From positions 35,018 through 99,017 of the forward strand of contig CAZUWF010000001.1 of assembly GCA_964624065.1 (NCBI GenBank): a stretch of 64,000 nucleotides of DNA. The letters are read 5' to 3'. The stretch is from an uncultured Bacteroidales bacterium (lineage in GTDB: Bacteria > Bacteroidota > Bacteroidia > Bacteroidales > UBA7960). Made by a program: the position numbers and the translations under genes. The notes under the pieces are model-generated. The model worked only from the letters and a program-made list of their open reading frames with translations, was not told where the DNA came from and made no database searches. Positions 58,482 to 64,000 of this stretch are shown piece after piece; within the stretch, counting starts at the first letter, position 1; every line of letters starts with the position of its first letter.

Positions 58482-59762
58482 ATGAAAAGAGACGAGAGAA
58501 TATTTGACTTAATTGAGCAGGAGCACCGGCGCCAATTGCACGGGGTGGAGTTGATCGCATCCGAAAACTTTGTCAGCGAGCAAGTTATGCAGGCCATGGG
58601 AAGCGTACTGACCAACAAATATGCAGAGGGCTATCCCGGAAGGAGGTATTATGGAGGTTGTCAGATTGTTGACCAAACCGAGCAAATTGCAATTGACCGA
58701 CTAAAAGAACTTTTTGGAGCCGATTACGCAAATGTTCAGCCACATAGCGGTGCACAGGCCAACGCTGCGGTTTTCTTGGCGTGCCTTAAGCCAGGCGACA
58801 CTTTTATGGGTCTTGACCTAAGTCACGGCGGGCACCTCTCACACGGAGCCCCGGTAAACTTGTCGGGCATACTATATCGTCCAGTTGCATACGAGGTTAG
58901 CAAGGAAACAGGTCAAATTGATTACGATCAGATGGAAAAGGTGGCCTTGGCCGAAACCCCCAAACTAATCATCGCCGGCGCAAGTGCCTACCCACGCGAT
59001 TGGGACTACAAACGAATGCGCCAAATTGCTGACCAAGTGGGAGCCGTTTTGATGGCCGACATTGCCCACCCTGCAGGGCTAATTGCAACCAAGCTGCTAA
59101 ATGACCCCGTTCCGCATTGCCACGTTATTACCTCCACCACACACAAGACCCTAAGGGGCCCTCGTGGAGGTATAATCATAATTGGCAAGGACTTTGAAAA
59201 TCCTTGGGGTCAGAAAACTCCCAAGGGAGAAATCAAGATGATGTCTGCGGTGATTGACAGCGCGGTATTTCCAGGCACCCAAGGGGGGCCGCTGGAGCAC
59301 GTTATCGCTGCAAAGGCAGTTGCATTTGGCGAAGCCCTTACCCCAGCTTACAAGGAATATTGCTTGCAGGTTATGAAAAACGCCCAAGCAATGGCCAAAG
59401 CGTTCGTTGACAAAGGTTACCACGTAACTTCAGGAGGTACTGACAACCATCTCATGCTCATTGACCTTAGGTCAAAGTTTCCCGAGCTAACAGGTAAAAA
59501 GGCTGAAAACACCCTTGTGATGGCCGACATTACCATTAACAAGAACATGGTTCCGTTCGATAGCCGATCACCATTCCAAACCTCAGGTATTAGAATAGGC
59601 AGCGCGGCAATTACAACCCGCGGACTCAAAGAACAACAAGCAATTCAGATAGTTGGATTTATTGATGAGGTACTTTCCGACATTGACAATCCTGCCGTGA
59701 TTGATGCCGTGCGGGATAAAGTAAATGCCTTGATGGCCCAATACCCGCTTTTTGCCTGCTAA
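58482..59762 (+). CDS. glyA: serine hydroxymethyltransferase
   Basis: The ATG at 58482 gives [28 protein letters not shown]. The PLP site is [14 protein letters not shown]. Confidence 0.97.
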   Translation: MKRDERIFDLIEQEHRRQLHGVELIASENFVSEQVMQAMGSVLTNKYAEGYPGRRYYGGCQIVDQTEQIAIDRLKELFGADYANVQPHSGAQANAAVFLACLKPGDTFMGLDLSHGGHLSHGAPVNLSGILYRPVAYEVSKETGQIDYDQMEKVALAETPKLIIAGASAYPRDWDYKRMRQIADQVGAVLMADIAHPAGLIATKLLNDPVPHCHVITSTTHKTLRGPRGGIIIIGKDFENPWGQKTPKGEIKMMSAVIDSAVFPGTQGGPLEHVIAAKAVAFGEALTPAYKEYCLQVMKNAQAMAKAFVDKGYHVTSGGTDNHLMLIDLRSKFPELTGKKAENTLVMADITINKNMVPFDSRSPFQTSGIRIGSAAITTRGLKEQQAIQIVGFIDEVLSDIDNPAVIDAVRDKVNALMAQYPLFAC

Positions 59763-59785
59763 GCCCATACCGAACCTTTACTAAA

Positions 59786-59822
59786 GACCTGCCAGATTTT
59801 GAAAAGGTGGGTCTTTTTTTTT
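59786..59822 (+). terminator. rho-independent terminator of glyA
   Basis: agacctgcc-(12-nt loop)-ggtgggtct includes two G.U pairs and is followed by T9. Confidence 0.7.
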
Positions 59823-60201
59823 ATTGAAAATTCAGAGGATAGTTTCGGCAATGCTGCATCAAAGGACCAGTTTTTCGAAAAAGAGGACACGAAGAGAAAT
59901 ATTGCCCTTGCCAAGCATCCACCGTGTTGTCAAGAATCGAAGCACATCCTCCATCGTGTAATCTTCGCTTTAGGAGGTTTGAATCTTCTGGGTGCCGCGC
60001 ACAAGGTTATACATTTCAGATGGGTTGCGACCCATTAAATTGCAGCAAATCAGAATGGACCTACTGCAATTTTGCCACCAACGCAAAAATACAAAGGTGG
60101 CAAGCCCAGCTTTAAAAGGGTTTTGGTAAATCGTCAGCCGTTGTACCTAAGAGGGTTGGGGGTTTTATTTTAACGGTATTAAATCCAGAGGCAAGTATAA
60201 A

Positions 60202-61554
60202 CTAGAATATCCCATACATCACTTTTCCTATCATGAAGTATATAAACAAACCGATGATGTCGTTTGAGGTTGTAATGAATGGGCCCGTAGCAAGTGCAGG
60301 ATCAATCTTCACCCTGTTTAGCACCAAGGGAATTAGTGAGCCAAACACCGAGGCAAAAATTATCACCGTGAGTAGTGAAACGCTAACGGTTAATGCCAAA
60401 GATAATTTGGGCAGGAACAGAACGCTATAAGTCAATAGTATGGCAGAGCAAACCAGCCCGTTAATCAGGCCTACTGATAATTCTTTCATCAGCTTAGGCA
60501 AGATTCCGCCAGTTATGGAATGATTGGCCAGCCCTTGAACAACGAGTGCCGACGACTGCACTCCCACGTTTCCGGCCATTGCAAGAATAAGTGGCATAAA
60601 AAAAGCCAACTCGGGGTTAATGCTTATTTGACCCTCGTAATTTTCGACAACCGATGCGGCAAAAATACCTCCGAACAAAGCCACAACCAACCAAAATAAT
60701 CGACCTCGAGTTATCTGCCAAATCCTATCGGTATGCTCAAGATCCTCGGTAACACCCGAAAGCAACTGGTAATCTCTATCGGCCTCTTCCTTGATGAAGT
60801 CCACCACGTCATCGATTGTAATTCGACCAACCAACCGGCCAATTTCGTCAACCACCGGAAGTGCGATTAAGTCGTACTTGTTCATCACCCTTGCCACGTC
60901 CTCTCCCTTCTGGCTTGCCTTAACCGAGATAACATCAGAAATGTACCATTTCTCAATCAAGTCGCGAGGAGAGGCAAACAGGAGTTTTTCGAGTGGTAGC
61001 AATCCCACCAATATCCCCAAGTCGTTGACCACGTAAACGGCGTAAACATTATCAAGGTCCTCGGCTTGTTTGCGCATTTCTCTAATGCAGGTAATCACGT
61101 GCCAGTTAGAGTTGACCTTCACGAGTTCCTTGGCCATTAACCCCCCCGCACTTGTTGGGTGGTAAATCAAAAGATCGGCAATATCTTGTGCCTGTTGGCG
61201 GTCTTCGATTTGGGCCATTACCTCCTCACGGCGGGTATCGGGCAGCTCCGCTATTAGGTCGGCGGCATCGTCAGAGTCAAGATTGTCAATAAACTCTTGG
61301 GCAATTTCCTGGGTGGAGAAGGAGGCAAGCAATCTCTCCCTAACATCCTCCTCCAGCTCCATAAGCACCTCGGCCGCCTCCTGCCTGTCGAGCAGCTTGT
61401 AAAAATACTTGGCTTCCTCGTGGTTAAGGTCGTCAATAACCTCCGCAAGGTCTGCGGCGTAAAGTTCATTTATAACCTGGTACAGGTAATCTTTCTCTTC
61501 TGCCAATATGGCATCCCTTATCCTTTCGATATCGATTTTGAACGCGTTGCTCAT
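60202..61554 (-). CDS. mgtE: magnesium transporter MgtE
   Basis: 450 aa with the N-domain, tandem CBS region and C-terminal TM domain carrying GNVGVQSSALVV and PFITTSNDIIGL. Confidence 0.96.
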   Translation of the reverse strand: MSNAFKIDIERIRDAILAEEKDYLYQVINELYAADLAEVIDDLNHEEAKYFYKLLDRQEAAEVLMELEEDVRERLLASFSTQEIAQEFIDNLDSDDAADLIAELPDTRREEVMAQIEDRQQAQDIADLLIYHPTSAGGLMAKELVKVNSNWHVITCIREMRKQAEDLDNVYAVYVVNDLGILVGLLPLEKLLFASPRDLIEKWYISDVISVKASQKGEDVARVMNKYDLIALPVVDEIGRLVGRITIDDVVDFIKEEADRDYQLLSGVTEDLEHTDRIWQITRGRLFWLVVALFGGIFAASVVENYEGQISINPELAFFMPLILAMAGNVGVQSSALVVQGLANHSITGGILPKLMKELSVGLINGLVCSAILLTYSVLFLPKLSLALTVSVSLLTVIIFASVFGSLIPLVLNRVKIDPALATGPFITTSNDIIGLFIYFMIGKVMYGIF

Positions 61555-61607
61555 TTTTTAGTCTATTTATTAATTGTCCAAAGCTTATAGGGCAGCCAGA
61601 TCCCCAG

Positions 61608-63029
61608 TTAGCGTGTTCTTGGCGAAAGCAAGTTTTTAACGGTACTAATTTCCAGGTAACTTGGCCCGATTTTCTTCCCGAAGTTTCCTGCAACAATAGC
61701 CACCAAGTCATCATGATTAAGCTCTCCCTTGTCTACAAGCCTGGTTAGGGATATATGGGTAAAACCCTTAATAGACAACTCTTTATCAAAGAAATCTGGA
61801 TGCACGCCGTACCTGAGGTTAAGCCTTCTGGCAACCCTTTTCTGGTAGCACTGAGCGTAAATTGGCACCTTACCCCTGAAGGCGGCTATGAACCTAACGG
61901 TCTTTCCAGTGTCGGTATCGGTGATAATGGCCTTTACACCAAGGTTTTCGATTGATCTTACAGCAACCTTGGAAAGGAAGACTGAAATCTGGTTGTCGAT
62001 GGGAATAATTTCGCTCTGCAAGTCGAACGGCCTGTTTTTTTCGGTTTCGGCGGCAATCCTTGTCATGGTTTCCACGGCCTCGGCGGGGTACTTGCCGAAA
62101 GCTGTTTCACCGCTGAGCATAATCGCATCCGTTCCGGAAAAAATTGCCGTGGCCACATCAGTAACCTCTGCCCGTGTGGGTCTTGGGTTGGTAATCATGG
62201 TGTGTAGCATCTGGGTGGCAACGATTACCACCTTTTGGTGCGACAGGCATTTCTTGATGATCTCGGCCTGAATGCTTGGAATGCGCTCGGCTGGAATTTC
62301 TATGGCAAGGTCGCCACGGGCAATCATTATACCGAACACGTGAGGCAAGATCTCTTCAATATTGTCAACCCCTTCTTGATTTTCAATTTTAGCAATGATT
62401 TTAATGTTGCTCTGGTGAAGGTCCAGGATATTTTGTATTTCAACAACATCCTTCTTGTTTCTAACAAACGAGTGGGCTATGAAATCAAGATCGTTGGCAA
62501 TGCTAAACTCAATGTACTCCCTGTCTCTTTGGGTAAGGGAAGGAAGACCTGTTGACACTCCCGGAAAGTTAACACTCTTCCGGCCCTTTATGGTGCCCTC
62601 GTTGTCAACCTTGCAAATAAGATGGTCTTCGTGCTTTTGGGTTACGGTTAGCGAAATCTCTCCATCGTCAATCATAATTTTGTTGTCCACCTCAAGTTTG
62701 ACAGCGATATCTTCGTAGTCAACATAAAGACAGTCTTTGTTGGTGGCAAAACCTTTTTTCCCCCTCACCATTATTTCCTGACCATACTTCACTTCAAGTT
62801 TATATTCCGAGGCATTGGTGCGTACCTCCGGACCCTTGGTGTCAACCATTATAGGAATCATTTCGGATATCTTCCTTACATTTTCAATTACGCGAAGGGT
62901 TTGTTCGGGTGTTTGGTGGGCTGTGTTTACCCTTACAACGTCCATTCCGGCATCGTATAGTCTTGATATAAATCCGGGTTCACATCTTACGTCGGATATC
63001 GTGGCAATTATTTTGGTTAATTTCTTCAT
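61608..63029 (-). CDS. pyk: pyruvate kinase
   Basis: The ATG at 63029 gives MKKLTKIIATISD (the track start at 63053 is TTG). VDTKGPEVRT, MIARGDLAIEIP and MLSGETA are present. Confidence 0.96.
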   Translation of the reverse strand: MKKLTKIIATISDVRCEPGFISRLYDAGMDVVRVNTAHQTPEQTLRVIENVRKISEMIPIMVDTKGPEVRTNASEYKLEVKYGQEIMVRGKKGFATNKDCLYVDYEDIAVKLEVDNKIMIDDGEISLTVTQKHEDHLICKVDNEGTIKGRKSVNFPGVSTGLPSLTQRDREYIEFSIANDLDFIAHSFVRNKKDVVEIQNILDLHQSNIKIIAKIENQEGVDNIEEILPHVFGIMIARGDLAIEIPAERIPSIQAEIIKKCLSHQKVVIVATQMLHTMITNPRPTRAEVTDVATAIFSGTDAIMLSGETAFGKYPAEAVETMTRIAAETEKNRPFDLQSEIIPIDNQISVFLSKVAVRSIENLGVKAIITDTDTGKTVRFIAAFRGKVPIYAQCYQKRVARRLNLRYGVHPDFFDKELSIKGFTHISLTRLVDKGELNHDDLVAIVAGNFGKKIGPSYLEISTVKNLLSPRTR

Positions 63030-63050
63030 TTTTGGCTGATTAATGGTTTG

Positions 63051-63058
63051 CAAAATTA
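63051..63058 (-). promoter_or_regulatory. -7 box TAATTTTG for pyk
   Basis: The plus strand reads caaaatta. It lies 22-29 nt upstream of the ATG at 63029. Confidence 0.5.
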
Positions 63059-63243
63059 ATCCTTTTTTTCAAAAACCTTTGCCCTACAACCCCATACGGT
63101 AATTCCAAACAACAACTAATAAATTTTGAAACTTATTTGTTGTAAAATATTGCGACCTTTGCGTGTCCCTGCTTAAAAAAGCAATTTACACCAAAAAGTT
63201 TTATTTGGCATTTGGCAAACCCATCAAATCAAATCGCAACAAA

Positions 63244-64000
63244 ATGATACTTGTAACCGGCGGTAGCGGTCTGGTTGGCTCTCACCTGTTATTCGAGCTT
63301 GCCAGGCGAGGCAATAAAATAAGGGCGCTAAAAAGAGAAAGCACAAACCTTTTCTGGGTTAGAGAGATATTTTCGTTTTACGATCCCATTAATAGCGTGA
63401 AATTTTTCGATATGATCGAATGGGTTGACGGCGGTCTTGACGATTTTGATTTGTTGATGAAATATTTGGATCGGGTAGACTCAGTTTACCATTGTGCTGC
63501 TATGGTTTCTTTCGACCCTTCCCACAAGGAAAAAATGCTTTCTGTAAATATTGACGGTACGGCCAACCTCGTAAATGCCTGCCTGGAAACAGGTGTAAGG
63601 CGATTTTGCCATTGCAGCAGCGTTGCGGCACTCGGCAAGGTTACTGACGACAAGGTTATTGACGAGAAAATGGTGTGGCAAACTTCGAAAAGTAATTCTA
63701 ATTACGCCATTAGCAAGTTCGGTGCCGAAAGGGAGGTTTGGCGGGGTGCCGAAGAAGGACTTGATGTGGTGATTGTCAATCCAACCATTATCCTTGGTCC
63801 CGGCGACACCTCCCGCTCCAGCAGTAAAATTTTCGATACCATAGCGAGGGGGCTTAAGTTTTACACTATGGGCAAAACAGGGTTTGTTGACGTTAGGGAT
63901 GTGGCAAGGGCAATGGTACAATTGGCCGAAAGTGATATTAAGGGACTGCGGTTCGTGCTTAACAGCCAAAATCTAACCTACAAGGATTTTTTCGAAGTGC
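63244..64000 (+). CDS. NAD-dependent epimerase/dehydratase family (extended SDR) protein, 5' part (runs off the right edge)
   Basis: Hand translation from the ATG at 63244 gives MILVTGGSGLVGSHLLFELARRGNKIRALKRE...VYHCAAMVSFDP...YAISKFGAEREVW..., open to the window end. It is absent from the ORF track because it has no stop. The 162-aa minus-strand ORF 63481-63969 is its shadow. Confidence 0.88.
   Translation, partial: MILVTGGSGLVGSHLLFELARRGNKIRALKRESTNLFWVREIFSFYDPINSVKFFDMIEWVDGGLDDFDLLMKYLDRVDSVYHCAAMVSFDPSHKEKMLSVNIDGTANLVNACLETGVRRFCHCSSVAALGKVTDDKVIDEKMVWQTSKSNSNYAISKFGAEREVWRGAEEGLDVVIVNPTIILGPGDTSRSSSKIFDTIARGLKFYTMGKTGFVDVRDVARAMVQLAESDIKGLRFVLNSQNLTYKDFFEV

Noticed and set aside
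55763-58618. The 951-aa version of the S9 peptidase ORF starts at 58618.
   Set aside because: The extra 86 codons lack a signal peptide and run antisense through the glyA start and promoter. The internal ATG at 58360 gives a good signal peptide.
63481-63969. There are long antisense ORFs, such as 63481-63969, 34378-34977, 16889-17482, 23306-23866, 12399-12875, 47309-47803 and 29692-30186.
   Set aside because: Each lies fully inside, and opposite to, a gene with an unambiguous family assignment. Their translations are low-complexity or unrecognisable, so they are shadow ORFs.

Overview
This is a 64-kb slice of a Bacteroidota-type chromosome. The assignment rests on a T9SS C-terminal sorting domain, the DUF2723/DUF1573/DUF4476 families, an LptE-SecG-GroES/EL block, recurrent TAnnTTTG -7 promoter boxes, and almost no Shine-Dalgarno sequences. 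I call about 52 protein genes. Reading by eye, I saw no rRNA, tRNA, CRISPR, transposase, integrase or phage genes. Most content is housekeeping: asnS, prfB with its programmed +1 frameshift, class II RNR, groES/groEL, secG, lptE, metG, pheS, tatA, mazG, fabD, glyA, mgtE and pyk. Four things deserve a second look. (1) 29.7-40.9 kb holds one co-directional block encoding every step from isovaleryl-CoA through HMG-CoA to IPP/DMAPP. It joins methylcrotonyl-CoA carboxylase, methylglutaconyl-CoA hydratase and an acyl-CoA dehydrogenase to IDI-2, class II HMG-CoA reductase, two GHMP kinases and MVAPP decarboxylase. No HMG-CoA synthase, thiolase or HMG-CoA lyase is in the window. (2) A shared 21-nt sigma-54-like element, CTTTGGCAC-N6-TGAATG, lies upstream of both groES and a DUF4476 gene, and a sensor-domain-less sigma-54 enhancer-binding protein sits 2 kb away on the same strand. 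(3) 46.9-52.7 kb is a small sugar-nucleotide/glycan locus (WbpB/WbpE/WbpD-like genes plus a CpsB-type phosphatase). It is bracketed by two paralogous GT-A-like genes and split by a strongly C-depleted 380-nt spacer carrying ATTGAGG three times. (4) There are several unassigned non-coding stretches. I cannot run searches or RNA folding, so all family calls rest on motifs I recognise in the translations.
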